From: an uncultured delta proteobacterium
Lineage (GTDB): Bacteria > Myxococcota_A > Polyangia > Fen-1088
NCBI GenBank assembly: GCA_963737265.1
Contig: CAVTRY010000013.1
Coordinates: forward strand, 320,001 to 384,000
Direction: 5' to 3'
Length of the DNA stretch: 64,000 bases
Part shown: one piece after another, positions 29,611 to 39,839 of the stretch
How the letters are laid out: every line of letters begins with the position of its first letter
Position numbering within the stretch: the first letter of the stretch is position 1
Program-made: the position numbers and the translations under genes
Notes under the pieces: generated by a model
Seen by the model: the letters and a program-made list of their open reading frames with translations, nothing else
The model's database searches: none
What the model was told of the DNA's origin: nothing

Positions 29611-30578
29611 TGGCGTGCCGGAGCGGAAAGATCGCCGTTCTTCCCGTGATTTGGTCGGTGTTGGTCGTATCGGGATGCGAATGGTCGGGTTCGTCTGCGA
29701 CGGGACTGGGCTCGCTGCTTCGTGTGGCCGGTGCACAGGCAATGGGAGGTTCGATTACCGATCCTCCGGACCAGATTCCCGCCACGGTAGCTCCCACCAC
29801 GAGCAACAATCTCATCTTTCCCGGTGTGAGCAATAAGGTGCTCTCGGGCGTGGTTGGTCCCAACGCCACCGCAGCGGCAATTGGTGTTCCGGGCGACGAC
29901 GGTTTCTGGCTGGTACCCGCGCTGGATACCGTAAATACGGATTCGTCCAGCTTTAGGGCACAGCTTTCCTTTTCGCCCGCACTTGGACAGAGCCCCCTGC
30001 TTCAGCATGATGCGGCCGATGGCTTCACCACGGTGACCCTCGCCTTTCGCGCGGTGGACGACAAGGGCCGGTTCGGCGTAGCCATAACCTCGGACTTGAG
30101 GGTCCAGTTGAACGACTTCACCGGCAAGAGCCTGGTGGTCTCCCTGATATGGGATTCTCCCGTCGATCTGGATCTCCACGTGCTGGTGCCCGCGCCTGCG
30201 GGATACACGGAAGTTTGGTCCAAGGAACCGGCGGCGACTCCAGCGATAGCGGCAACTGCCACGACGACCGCCTCGGCTGCCGACGGAGTGCTCGATTTCG
30301 ATTCCAATGCCGCATGCACCATCGACAATCGCGATCAGGAAGACGTGGTTTGGACGGGGACGCCTCCCGGCGGCCACTACATCGTACGCGTGGAGGCATT
30401 CTCTCTTTGCGGACTGGTTTCGGCGGGATGGCATGCCCTGGCGTATGTGCCCGCGAGCGCGGGCGCTGGCGCGGACACGACCCTGGGCGAGGCCTCCGGC
30501 ATTCTAACCGAGGCCAGTACGCGTGGTGCCCACGGCGCCGGTGCTGGCATCACCGCATTCGAGTTCGACTATCCCTAG
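29610..30578 (+). CDS. Lipoprotein with YfaP/DUF2135-like domain
   Basis: ATG overlaps the porin stop; lipobox VSGC; WDSPVDLDLHV...LDFDSN..C...EDVVW...GHYIVRV. Confidence 0.65.
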   Translation: MACRSGKIAVLPVIWSVLVVSGCEWSGSSATGLGSLLRVAGAQAMGGSITDPPDQIPATVAPTTSNNLIFPGVSNKVLSGVVGPNATAAAIGVPGDDGFWLVPALDTVNTDSSSFRAQLSFSPALGQSPLLQHDAADGFTTVTLAFRAVDDKGRFGVAITSDLRVQLNDFTGKSLVVSLIWDSPVDLDLHVLVPAPAGYTEVWSKEPAATPAIAATATTTASAADGVLDFDSNAACTIDNRDQEDVVWTGTPPGGHYIVRVEAFSLCGLVSAGWHALAYVPASAGAGADTTLGEASGILTEASTRGAHGAGAGITAFEFDYP

Positions 30579-30587
30579 GTCGCGACG

Positions 30588-33260
30588 ATGATGCGTGCCT
30601 TCGCCCTAGCCGCCACGTTCCTCGTCGCGGTCGGTTACCCCTTGACGGTTCGCGGCCAGGGCGAGTCCGGCGCCGAGCCCGAGGCAGGGAAACACCTGAC
30701 GCCTCCCAAGCTGCGGAAATTCGTCGAGGCGAAGTACCCAACTGACAAGCAAGCCGCCGGCATGGAAGCCAAGGTGGTGCTGTCGATTGAAGTGGGCGAC
30801 GATGGCAAGGTCGGGACTGTCGAGGTCGTGACCTCCGCCGGGCCGGACTTCGATAGCGCTGCCCTGGCCGCCGTTAAGCAATTCGAGTTCGAGCCGGCCA
30901 CCTTGGACGGTGTCCCGGTTCCGGTAAAGATACATTACGCCTACAAGTTCGTGGTGAAAGAGGTCATGGTCGCGGTCGGACCCCAAATCAATTTCGAGGG
31001 CGTGGTCATGGACCGCTTCACCAAGGTCCCGTCGCGCGGTGTGAAAGTGAAGATCCTCGACGCCGGGGTCGAGACATCGACCGACCAGGACGGCGCCTTT
31101 GCGTTCACCGATCTTCCGGTCGGCAAGCACGTTGTCGAATTGGCGTCGCGGGAATTGGTGACCATCAAGACCGAGGAAGTGATCACGCGTGGCAAGAAGA
31201 AGTCGGTCAAGTACATGGTCGAGGCCAAGGAAGACGATGTGGACGAGGAGGCCGTGGTTCGCGCCCCTCGCATCAAGAAGGAAGTCGTGGAGACCCGCGT
31301 ACGCACGGAGGAGGCCAAGCGGGTTCCCGGCACGCAGGGCGATACCCTGAAGGTGGTGCAAAACCTTCCCGGCGTGGGTCGATCGGCCTTCGGGTCGGGC
31401 GCCCTGATCGTTTGGGGGTCGGCCCCGCAGGACACGCGGGTCAACGTCGATGGCGTGGAGATTCCGGTGCTGTATCACGTGGGCGGCATGCGTTCGACGA
31501 TCAACACCGACCTCGTGCGCTCGATCGATCTGTCGCCCGGATCCTTCGGCGCCGAGTACGGTCGCGGGCTGGGCGGCTTGGTGCGCATCGAATTGCAGGA
31601 TCCTAGTCGCGAAGGCGTGCATGGCTACGTCGCGGCCGACATCATGGATGTGTCGGGCATGGTCTCCGCGGCGATTACCCCCAATATCCGATTGGCGGTT
31701 GCCGGCCGCCAAGGTTACCTCGACCAGACCCTCAAGGCCGCGGTGTCCAGCAACGTGGAATCTTTCTTTCCCATCCCACGCTACGACGATTACCAGGCAC
31801 GGGCCTCGCTCACGCTTGGCAAGGACGAGGAGCTGACGGCGACCTTCCTTGCATCCGACGACCACCTTCGCTTCACCGTACCCTCGACAGATCCGCTGGA
31901 AGTCAAGACGCAGGATACGACCCTGCTCTACCGCCGGTTCATCGTTCGCTACACCCGCCTTCTGCCCGATGGATCCAGTATCGCGTTTACACCGTCCTTC
32001 GGTTACGACAGCAATCAAATGCGGTGGAACTACGGTGGAACGCCGCTCTTGCTCAATGTCGATACTTGGCAATACGCAGCCCGCGCCTCGTACCGGCGCC
32101 GCGTGGCAAGTAACGTCACGCTTTCGCTGGGCATGGATTTCCAGGGGCGTAGTACGTCGGCCGAGCGCGTGGGGTCGATCAACCTGCCGGCGCGCGAAGG
32201 CGACATCGCGGTGTTCGGCCAGCCGCCGGGAAATGACCTGGAATTCGACCAATGGAAGGTCAACATGCTGGCCGCCGCGCCGTATGCCTTTGCCGAAATC
32301 ACGTTGGGAAAGTTCACGATTACGCCAGGGTTGCGCTTCGAACCCACGGTCATTGATGGCAACTTGCGCAGTCCGCACACGTACCTTTCGCCGGACATCG
32401 GGTACAGTCGCATGGATTTGCCCAAGAATCCGTGGAGCAGTCTGGGACTTCTCGCCTGGATGCCCAATCCGCGTCTTTCCCTCGCCTATCGCGCAACCAA
32501 TAGGCTGACCCTGACCGCGGGCGGGGGCGTGTACGGTCAGCCGCCGCAGGCCGAGGACTTGAGCTCGGTCTTCGGCAATCCCAATTTGGCCAGCTCGTCC
32601 GCGGTGCACGCGAGTGGCGGCGGATCGTACAAGCTACGTGGAACGCTGACCCTTGAGGGCACCCTGTTCTACAAGCAGCTCTACGACCTGGTGGCTCGCA
32701 ACGCCTCGCCCTCGCCGCCGGTGGGCCAGGCGTTGGAACAGACTGGTAAGGGACGAAGTTACGGAGGACAGTTGCTGCTTCGCCAAGAACTGGCCAAGGG
32801 CTTCTTCGGTTGGATTACCTACACCCTCAGTCGAAGCGAACGCAAGGATCGACCGGACAGCGACTGGCGCCTCTTCGACTACGATCAGACCCATGTGTTC
32901 GCGGCTTTGGCCAGCTACGAGATCGGCCGCGGGATCCAGGCCGGCGTGCGCTTTCGCTATACCACGGGAGCGCCAAGGACGCCCGTCGTAGGCGCCTATT
33001 TCAACACCCTGAACGCGCAATACGAGCCGATCTTCGGCGCGCAGAACTCGATTCGCCTTCCAGCCTTCTATTCGTTGGATATTCGAGTCGAAAAGGCGTT
33101 TGTATTCCAGCGTGTCAAGATGAACGCGTTCGCCGACGTACAGAATATCACCAATAGGAAGAACCCGGAAGAGGTCACCTTCAGCGCCAACTTCAGCCAA
33201 CGCGACTACATCACCGGGTTGCCGATATTGGCGGTCGTTGGCGCGCGGGTGGAGTTCTAA
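30588..33260 (+). CDS. TonB-dependent receptor with N-terminal TonB_C and carboxypeptidase-regulatory-like domains (module 1)
   Basis: YP...V.L.IEVG.DG.V..V.V TonB_C; plug motif VVQNLPGV; C-terminal NITN...GARVEF. Confidence 0.9.
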   Translation: MMRAFALAATFLVAVGYPLTVRGQGESGAEPEAGKHLTPPKLRKFVEAKYPTDKQAAGMEAKVVLSIEVGDDGKVGTVEVVTSAGPDFDSAALAAVKQFEFEPATLDGVPVPVKIHYAYKFVVKEVMVAVGPQINFEGVVMDRFTKVPSRGVKVKILDAGVETSTDQDGAFAFTDLPVGKHVVELASRELVTIKTEEVITRGKKKSVKYMVEAKEDDVDEEAVVRAPRIKKEVVETRVRTEEAKRVPGTQGDTLKVVQNLPGVGRSAFGSGALIVWGSAPQDTRVNVDGVEIPVLYHVGGMRSTINTDLVRSIDLSPGSFGAEYGRGLGGLVRIELQDPSREGVHGYVAADIMDVSGMVSAAITPNIRLAVAGRQGYLDQTLKAAVSSNVESFFPIPRYDDYQARASLTLGKDEELTATFLASDDHLRFTVPSTDPLEVKTQDTTLLYRRFIVRYTRLLPDGSSIAFTPSFGYDSNQMRWNYGGTPLLLNVDTWQYAARASYRRRVASNVTLSLGMDFQGRSTSAERVGSINLPAREGDIAVFGQPPGNDLEFDQWKVNMLAAAPYAFAEITLGKFTITPGLRFEPTVIDGNLRSPHTYLSPDIGYSRMDLPKNPWSSLGLLAWMPNPRLSLAYRATNRLTLTAGGGVYGQPPQAEDLSSVFGNPNLASSSAVHASGGGSYKLRGTLTLEGTLFYKQLYDLVARNASPSPPVGQALEQTGKGRSYGGQLLLRQELAKGFFGWITYTLSRSERKDRPDSDWRLFDYDQTHVFAALASYEIGRGIQAGVRFRYTTGAPRTPVVGAYFNTLNAQYEPIFGAQNSIRLPAFYSLDIRVEKAFVFQRVKMNAFADVQNITNRKNPEEVTFSANFSQRDYITGLPILAVVGARVEF

Positions 33261-34279
33261 TGAGACACCACAAGCTTGCGATGGCGTGTTGGTTCTTGCC
33301 GTTGGCCGTAACGACCGCTTGCCAGCCGACCGTGGGGGCACCCATTTCGCTCATTGGCGGGCCGTCTATTCTGGCCATGAAAGCGCAACCCGCGGAGGCG
33401 CTTCAAGGAGCGGTGGTGACTTACGAGGTCTTGGCGGCCGATGGCAACGGGAGAATTCCCGCGCCAGACGCGGATGTTACCTCGCCCGCGCAATGGGCGA
33501 TTTGCGAATTGCCCAAGCCTCCCATCGATACCAACTCCGTGAATACTAACTGTTTGGACACGGTCGCCTTGCCAGGCCAGCCCGGAGCGACGAACGACAC
33601 CTATTCGGCGCCGATGCCCGCCGATGCGTGCCGAGAGTTCGGACCCGAAAGCCCGCCAGCGCTACCTGGTCAACCTCCAATCCAGCCACGCGCCGCCGAT
33701 GTGACGGGTGGCTATTACCTCCCCGTGCGCGTCAGCTTGGCGGGTATTCCGGCGAACCTGCAGCGCCCAGGGACGGCGACGCCGGATTCCATCGTGGCGT
33801 TCGGTTTGGAAAGAATTAGCTGCGGTTTGGCCAACGCGCCTAACGGGCCGGTGCTCCAGTTCAACAAGACCTACACCCTCAACAACAACCCGACCATCGA
33901 CCAACTGACGTGGCAGCAAGGCGGCGCCGCTCCCGCCGATGTTCCGCGCGTGGAAACCGGGAGCGCCCCTATCCAGGTCCAGAGCGGCCAGACCGTGACC
34001 TTCTCCTTGTCTTGGACCGCCGATTCGGTCGAAACCTATCCTGCCTACGACATCCTTGCCCGCGTTCTCGTGTCTCACCGCGAGGCGATGCGCGTGGCTT
34101 GGTACGCAACCGGCGGAACATTCGAGCACGATGTCACTGGCCGAACCGAGACTGAAACGGAGGTTTTCGCCGGCAACACCTGGAAGTCCACCGCCACCGG
34201 CGCAATCCATCTGTGGATCGTCTTGCACGACAGCCGGGGCGGCACGGATTTCGCTTCGTTTGACTTGCAAGTCATGTAG
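33260..34279 (+). CDS. Receptor-associated lipoprotein (module 1)
   Basis: TAATG coupling; lipobox TTAC; paralog of 44442-45401 (TGGYYLPVR, W..TGGTFEHD.TG, LW.VL.DSRGG). Confidence 0.75.
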   Translation: MRHHKLAMACWFLPLAVTTACQPTVGAPISLIGGPSILAMKAQPAEALQGAVVTYEVLAADGNGRIPAPDADVTSPAQWAICELPKPPIDTNSVNTNCLDTVALPGQPGATNDTYSAPMPADACREFGPESPPALPGQPPIQPRAADVTGGYYLPVRVSLAGIPANLQRPGTATPDSIVAFGLERISCGLANAPNGPVLQFNKTYTLNNNPTIDQLTWQQGGAAPADVPRVETGSAPIQVQSGQTVTFSLSWTADSVETYPAYDILARVLVSHREAMRVAWYATGGTFEHDVTGRTETETEVFAGNTWKSTATGAIHLWIVLHDSRGGTDFASFDLQVM

Positions 34280-34428
34280 GGCTCCCGCAGTCGAGACTCT
34301 CACGAAGTAGCTCCTGGCGTGTGTCATCTGTCCGACGGTTGTGAAAACTCTGCGTTTCGGCTCGCCTGCGGCATCCAACAACATTTTCGGGCAATCGTGC
34401 TACGCCTCCCGTGCCGCGTCGATCCCCT

Positions 34429-34482
34429 TACACAAAGGAGTCACACGTATGTCACAGGATTGCAACCAGAGACGTCGATACT
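34429..34482 (+). promoter_or_regulatory. Pho box (GTCAC-N6-GTCAC-N6-GCAAC) with -10-like GATACT; likely autoregulatory promoter
   Basis: Repeats at 34440/34451/34462 (TACAC at 34429); -10 at 34477, 10 bp after the last repeat, as in PhoB-activated promoters. Confidence 0.7.
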
Positions 34483-34492
34483 GCCTCCTTCC

Positions 34493-35311
34493 ATGGCTGC
34501 CGAACCGCTTCGCAGGAATCGTATCCTCATCGTCGAAGACGAGGTCGATCTCAGCAGCTCGATGGCGTATGCCTTGCGGGCGCACGGGTACGAGACTGAG
34601 ATCGCCGACCGCGGCGAATCGGCCATGCGCGCGCTCAACTCCTTTCATCCCGATCTGGTGCTACTCGACTTGATGCTGCCGGACATGTCGGGTCTGGAGG
34701 TCTGCCGGCGCCTGCGTAGCTCGACCCGTGCCGACCAACCCGCGGTGATCATTGTTTCGGCCCGGGCCCAGGAGATCGACCGCGTGGTTGGTTTTGAAAT
34801 TGGCGCGGACGACTATGTCGTCAAGCCATTCAGCGTGCGCGAGTTGATCTTGAGGATCGAGGCGCGCCTGAAAGCGCGACGGGCGCTCGCCGAAACCCCG
34901 GTAACCGGAACTTTGTCGGCCGTTGCCGAGGCCGAAAGGCCGCTTGCCCTGGGAAGCCTCAGAGTCGACGAGTCAGGGCATCGCGTCTTCGTGGAGGACA
35001 AGGAGATCCACGTCAGCGCCTTGGAAATGCGCGTCCTCGCCTACCTCTTTCATTCTCCGGGAAGAATGCGCACGCGTCGCGAATTGTTGACCGAGGTGTG
35101 GGGCTACCATCCGGAGGTGTCCAGTCGAACGGTGGATACGCATATCAAGCGCATCCGGGACAAGTTGGGCAGCGCGGCCGGGATTCTGCAAACGGTTCGC
35201 GGCGTGGGGTTCCGTCTGGCGGAGCCCGCAACGTCAAGCCTGCGGCCGGGTGGCAGCGAGAGGCCCGGCCCGCCCCAGAGCGGCGCGCCCAACAAAAGTA
35301 AACGGCGCTGA
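34493..35311 (+). CDS. OmpR-family response regulator, PhoB/PhoP-like
   Basis: ILIVEDE, LDLMLPDMSG, EIDRVVGFEIGADDYVVKPFSVREL, VWGY...SRTVDTHIKRIRDKLG, TVRGVGFR; start moved to MAAEP. Confidence 0.88.
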   Translation: MAAEPLRRNRILIVEDEVDLSSSMAYALRAHGYETEIADRGESAMRALNSFHPDLVLLDLMLPDMSGLEVCRRLRSSTRADQPAVIIVSARAQEIDRVVGFEIGADDYVVKPFSVRELILRIEARLKARRALAETPVTGTLSAVAEAERPLALGSLRVDESGHRVFVEDKEIHVSALEMRVLAYLFHSPGRMRTRRELLTEVWGYHPEVSSRTVDTHIKRIRDKLGSAAGILQTVRGVGFRLAEPATSSLRPGGSERPGPPQSGAPNKSKRR

Positions 35312-35406
35312 TGAACGCACCACGCGAACCAAGCCTCGTCGATGGAAAGCCGGCGAATCCTGAATCTTATCGGATAACTCGGCCAAGATTCGGTCGCCAC
35401 CAATTC

Positions 35407-35434
35407 TGTTTCAATTTTGTAACGCATCCGTTGC
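35407..35434 (+). promoter_or_regulatory. Pho-box-like repeat TGTTTC-N5-TGTAAC-N5-CGTTGC
   Basis: 11-bp register at 35407/35418/35429, upstream of PstS-like paralog 3. Confidence 0.6.
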
Positions 35435-35567
35435 GGAGTTCTGGCTTCCATCCTGCGGACATATCGCTATGTTCTGCGCGCCACTTGCAATGGTACTTGA
35501 AGGTGCAGGAACCCGATCACCGAGCAATTCAGCAAAGCCAATCACGAATGATAAGGGAGGACTTTTG

Positions 35568-36787
35568 ATGACGGATAGAAGACGACTCGTAACCTTGGCA
35601 GGGCTGGCGGTCGCGCTGCTCAGTGCGGTGCCAGCGATGGCCCAGACCACCGCCGTCGCCTGCAGCGACACTTCGGTGCTTCCAAACCCGGTCTATCTCG
35701 CGGGAAGCAGCGCCTTCGAACCGACGCTGGCCCAGCTCGCGGTACAGATCAAGGCCAAGCGAGGAATATCGATTATCTACGACCCAATTTCGTCATGCAG
35801 TGGCGTCACCGACGTCTCCGACAGCACGCAAGTGTTGTCCGGCACTGCCCACTACTATGTCGCCGATGCAACCCAGAGCAGTGGTGTCGCTATCCCTTCT
35901 TGCACGCTGGCTGGCGGAACCAAACCGCTTATCGGTGTCTCCGACGTGGCCTACGATTCGTGCATGGGCAGCGCGGCGCCCGCCACCATCGGCGAGTGGC
36001 ACGGCCCCGTGCAGTCGATGTTGATTATCGTCCCCAAAGCCAATGTCACGACCACCGCCATGTCGGCGGACCAAGCGGCGGCTATTTGGGGCTGCGGTGC
36101 GAACGGAGGGGTAACACCCTTTACCGATGAGAACGCGATTCAGCAGCGGAGTGCGACCTCGGGAACGCAGATCATGGTTGCTCGCGCCATCGGCGTGCCA
36201 GAGTCGGCATTCAAGGGTAATCCCAATTCGAGTGGTAGTGCTCTCATCACCTCCCTGCTCGCCGTGGCCAACCCTCAGACTGCTATCGGAATTCTGGCCG
36301 CCGATGCCTACGCAACCAATAGGGCCAAGTTGAACGCGGTCGCTTTCAGGGGCAAGGCGCAAACCAAGGCCTTTTACGCGGACTCGGGCCCGAACGACGT
36401 GGACAAGAAGAACGTGCGCGAGGGTCGCTACGTCATCCAAGGACCGCTGCATTTCTTCACCCAGCTAACCGCCGGTCAACCCGCCGTCAACGCCCAACAG
36501 GTCCTCGATTGGCTCACCGGCAACAAGCCGATCGATCCCGCCGACACGAGCAACACAAACTACACCACCACCGTGGCCTTGTTGGGCGACGTTCCCCAGT
36601 GCGCCATGAAGGTTCAAATCGACAAGGACGGCGGACTCTTCTCGCCGTTCACACCTCCGGTTTCATGCAACTGCTTCTTCGAGACGGCTGTCAGCCTGCT
36701 GGCGGCGCCGCCCGCCGGTTGCGTGGCATGCACTTCGGATGCCGGGTGCACGGGGGAAAACGTTGCCAGACCGGATACTGCGAATAG
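35568..36787 (+). CDS. Cys-rich PstS-like protein, paralog 3 (needs one extra base at the G5A4 run 36752-36760 to end at GYCE*)
   Basis: RBS GGGAGG; signal peptide; GSSA, GVSDV, QRSATSGTQ; alternative frame ends GKRCQTGYCE*, like paralog 2. Confidence 0.75.
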
Positions 36788-36806
36788 CCAATTGGAGGAC
36801 ACGAAG

Positions 36807-37286
36807 ATGAACTTGATGAAGATTGCAACAGTGGTACTCGGATTGGCCTATTTCGGAGCTATCGGCTGCGGCAGCGACGGCACCGGTGGGGGTGGCACGG
36901 GCGGGACCATCGGCGGAGGCACGGGCGGGGCTGGTGGTTCCGTCGGCACGGATGCCGCGGGATCCGGTGGGGCGCTCGCAACCGGCGGCAGCACGGGGCT
37001 CGACGCCGCCGGCGGGACGGTGAGTCTCGACGGTGGTGGCGCGGGTGGAGCTGTGGCTCTGGACGCGAACATTGCCGATGCCGCGTTTCCGGTCGATGGC
37101 GGCCCAAGTAGCGACAGCAGCGGTTCGGAGGTGGGCGGGCTAGCAGGCATCTGCGCAGGGTTGAGCGCGGTGGCTTGCGACGTACTAATCCGGGCTCCGG
37201 ATCCCGCCACTCTTCCGGCCACTGTTATCGCGCAGAATGTCCCTGGACCCACGCCGCCGGCCTACGCGGTTTGCATCGCCCAGTAG
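36807..37286 (+). CDS. Gly-rich small lipoprotein (module 2)
   Basis: Own RBS GGAGG at 36794, ATG and lipobox AIGC; appears fused to the upstream gene only because of the frameshift. Confidence 0.7.
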   Translation: MNLMKIATVVLGLAYFGAIGCGSDGTGGGGTGGTIGGGTGGAGGSVGTDAAGSGGALATGGSTGLDAAGGTVSLDGGGAGGAVALDANIADAAFPVDGGPSSDSSGSEVGGLAGICAGLSAVACDVLIRAPDPATLPATVIAQNVPGPTPPAYAVCIAQ

Positions 37287-37313
37287 TACCATAGCCAGAG
37301 AGAGAGCCCGACG

Positions 37314-38888
37314 GTGCACAGAGATGATTTATCGACGAAGGTTCGGACTATTCGTGTGCGGCCTCGGCCAACACACCTGTGCAGCCGTTGGGCAAAGATC
37401 GCGTGGTTTGTTGGTTCGGTGATGTTACTAGGATCGCAGGGGATGGCTCTCGGTCAGGACCTTCCTCCTGGTCGGGCGCCTGACAGCGCATTGGCCGGCG
37501 CCACGCTGACGGTAGTGGGGAGCTCCGACGAGACTGCTGAGCTTGCGGCGCAAGTGGCGCGACAGCAGGGGGAAATCACGGCCCTGCGCCAAGAAATCGA
37601 GCGCCGTTTTCACGAAGAGAAGGCCGTGCGCGAGGCCGCGGAAGCCAAGGCGGCCCAAGAGGGCAAGGCGGAAAGCCAAGGCGCTGCGGCGGCGGAACTG
37701 GCGAAGAGTCCGCGAGTTTCGGGAAGCGACGGATTGACTCTGTCTGGCTTCATGCAGAACGACTTCTACGTCAAGCAGATATCGGAGGACCAGCTCAACA
37801 CTTCAACCGGCGCTCCGCTGAACGACAATCGCTTTACCATCCGCCGGGCGCGTCTGCGCGGCTCCATCGACCGTCGCTATTTAGCGGCGGTACTGGAAGT
37901 CGACGCCAATACGACCAATGGGCCACAAGTGCGGCCCATGAATATAGAGGCGACGGTCAAGCTGCCCGGGGACTCGGTGCCGACAATCGCCGGAACGGTT
38001 GGGGTTTTCAAAATCCCTTTTGGCTACGAGGTCGGTCAGGCCGACTACGAACGCCTGTTTGCCGAGCGCAGCAACATGGAGCGCGCGTTCTTTCCTGGCG
38101 AATACGACCTCGGTGCCAAGGTCGGCGGAGGTTGGCGCTTCGTGCGCTACGTGCTGGCCGTCCAGAACGGTGAACCATTGGGTGAAAGCACTTTTCCTGG
38201 GCGGGATCCGAATGCGGCCAAGGACGTGATCGGACGACTCGGCATGACCTCGCCGCTGGCCGAGAACGTCGACATCCAAGCGGGATTTTCCGGCCTAGTC
38301 GGCACGGGATTCCACCCGGGCACGCCACCCACGAAACCGACTGTCGGCTGGCAAGACCGAAACGAGAACGGCCGCGTGGATCCCAATGAATTGATCGGCA
38401 TACCTGGCAGCTCTGGACTTCCATCCCAGACTTTCGGCCGGTATGCATTGGGAGCCGATTTGTTGATTTCCGTCCGAACCCCGCAGCTTGGCAAGACGAC
38501 TGTCTATGGAGAAATCGAATGGGCCAAGAACCTGGACCGCGTCATTGCCGATCCCTACGGCCCGCTCGGCCGCGACATGCGCGAAAGGGGCTACTATTTG
38601 GCCTTGGTTCAGGACATCGGCAAGCACGTACAGCTCGGGGTGCGCTACGACTACTATGACCCCGACCAGGACAGCACGGATCGCGTGGCGGCGAACGTGC
38701 TGTTGTCGAGTCAAGCAGTCTCCACGGTCGCGCTGGCGGCGGCGGTTCGTTGGAAAATCGGTGGGCTGACGAATCGGCTGCTGGCCCAATACGACATCAA
38801 CCGGAACCATTTGGGCCGCGACCAGGCCGGCCTTACCATCAATCTTGCCAGCAATGTCTTCACCCTGCGCGCGGAGGCGGTCTTCTAA
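37314..38888 (+). CDS. OprO/OprP-like porin (module 2)
   Basis: Paralog of 27964: SEDQLN...G.PLN..RF.IRRARL, FKIPFGYE, RAFFPG.YDLG, terminal RAEAVF; start uncertain. Confidence 0.72.
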   Translation: MHRDDLSTKVRTIRVRPRPTHLCSRWAKIAWFVGSVMLLGSQGMALGQDLPPGRAPDSALAGATLTVVGSSDETAELAAQVARQQGEITALRQEIERRFHEEKAVREAAEAKAAQEGKAESQGAAAAELAKSPRVSGSDGLTLSGFMQNDFYVKQISEDQLNTSTGAPLNDNRFTIRRARLRGSIDRRYLAAVLEVDANTTNGPQVRPMNIEATVKLPGDSVPTIAGTVGVFKIPFGYEVGQADYERLFAERSNMERAFFPGEYDLGAKVGGGWRFVRYVLAVQNGEPLGESTFPGRDPNAAKDVIGRLGMTSPLAENVDIQAGFSGLVGTGFHPGTPPTKPTVGWQDRNENGRVDPNELIGIPGSSGLPSQTFGRYALGADLLISVRTPQLGKTTVYGEIEWAKNLDRVIADPYGPLGRDMRERGYYLALVQDIGKHVQLGVRYDYYDPDQDSTDRVAANVLLSSQAVSTVALAAAVRWKIGGLTNRLLAQYDINRNHLGRDQAGLTINLASNVFTLRAEAVF

Positions 38889-39811
38889 TGCGCGGCTTGT
38901 CCATCGCTGCAGCCGCGACGTCGCTCGCGATGGTCGCATGCTCGGGCGCAAATCCAAGCTCGGGGCAAACCGCCCTGATGCGCGTCCAAGGTGCGCAATT
39001 CGTGGCGGGCGCAATCGACACCACCACGCACGGCGCCACTCCTGCGGTAGGCTCGATCGCCATGCAAAACAACGATCTCTATCCAGGAGTCTCTGGTAAG
39101 AGCATATCCGGCTCGGTGGGTCCGGGCTCAACAGCGGTATTGCTGGGGCTTGAGGGTGACAGTGGCTATTGGATAGTGCCGGTTAAGGTTCTGGACCAGA
39201 ACACACCCGGAAACTTCACCTTCTCCGCCGTGGTCTCGTTCTCGCCGGAGACGCCAGCCGGCGATGCGGGCAACCTAAACCTCGTGGTTCGAGCGACAGA
39301 CAAGAACGGGAACCTTGGGCCCGCCGTGCTTCAGCCCATGACGATGGATGCCCCTCGCCCCGCGGGTCTTCTGGTTATCAGCCTGGATTGGGATACAGAC
39401 GCCGACTTGGACCTGCACGTGGTCGTGCCGGAGGGGGATGCCGGTACCACCGAAATCTGGTCGCGCAAGCCTTCGGCACTACCCTTTGGGCAACCCAACG
39501 CCACCGTGGATGACGGCATGGCCGCTGGCTATCTCGATTCCGATTCCAACAGCCAGTGCGTAATCGACGGTCGTGACGCGGAGAACGTCATCTTTCCGAC
39601 GACCGCGCCTGCGGGGCATTACATCGTGCGCGTCGACACCTTCTCGCTGTGCGGGCAAGTAACCGCGCAATGGCGCGTCCGCGTCTTTTACCAGGGACAA
39701 TCCACTCCGGTCCGAGAGGCATTCGGACAGTCAACCGACACGGATACGCGCTTTCCGCACGGTCAGGGTGCGGGCGTTCAAGCGCTGAGCTTCGATTACG
39801 CGGGTTCTTGA
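38888..39811 (+). CDS. Lipoprotein with YfaP/DUF2135-like domain (module 2)
   Basis: TAATG coupling; lipobox MVAC; WDTDADLDLHV...LDSDSN..C..DG...ENV. Confidence 0.68.
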   Translation: MRGLSIAAAATSLAMVACSGANPSSGQTALMRVQGAQFVAGAIDTTTHGATPAVGSIAMQNNDLYPGVSGKSISGSVGPGSTAVLLGLEGDSGYWIVPVKVLDQNTPGNFTFSAVVSFSPETPAGDAGNLNLVVRATDKNGNLGPAVLQPMTMDAPRPAGLLVISLDWDTDADLDLHVVVPEGDAGTTEIWSRKPSALPFGQPNATVDDGMAAGYLDSDSNSQCVIDGRDAENVIFPTTAPAGHYIVRVDTFSLCGQVTAQWRVRVFYQGQSTPVREAFGQSTDTDTRFPHGQGAGVQALSFDYAGS

Positions 39812-39839
39812 TTTCAACGATACAAAAGGAAGGTGACCA

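Noticed and set aside
36750-36765. Programmed -1 ribosomal frameshift
   Set aside because: The codon phase (ACG GGG GAA AAC) does not give an X XXY YYZ heptamer; a homopolymer error is simpler
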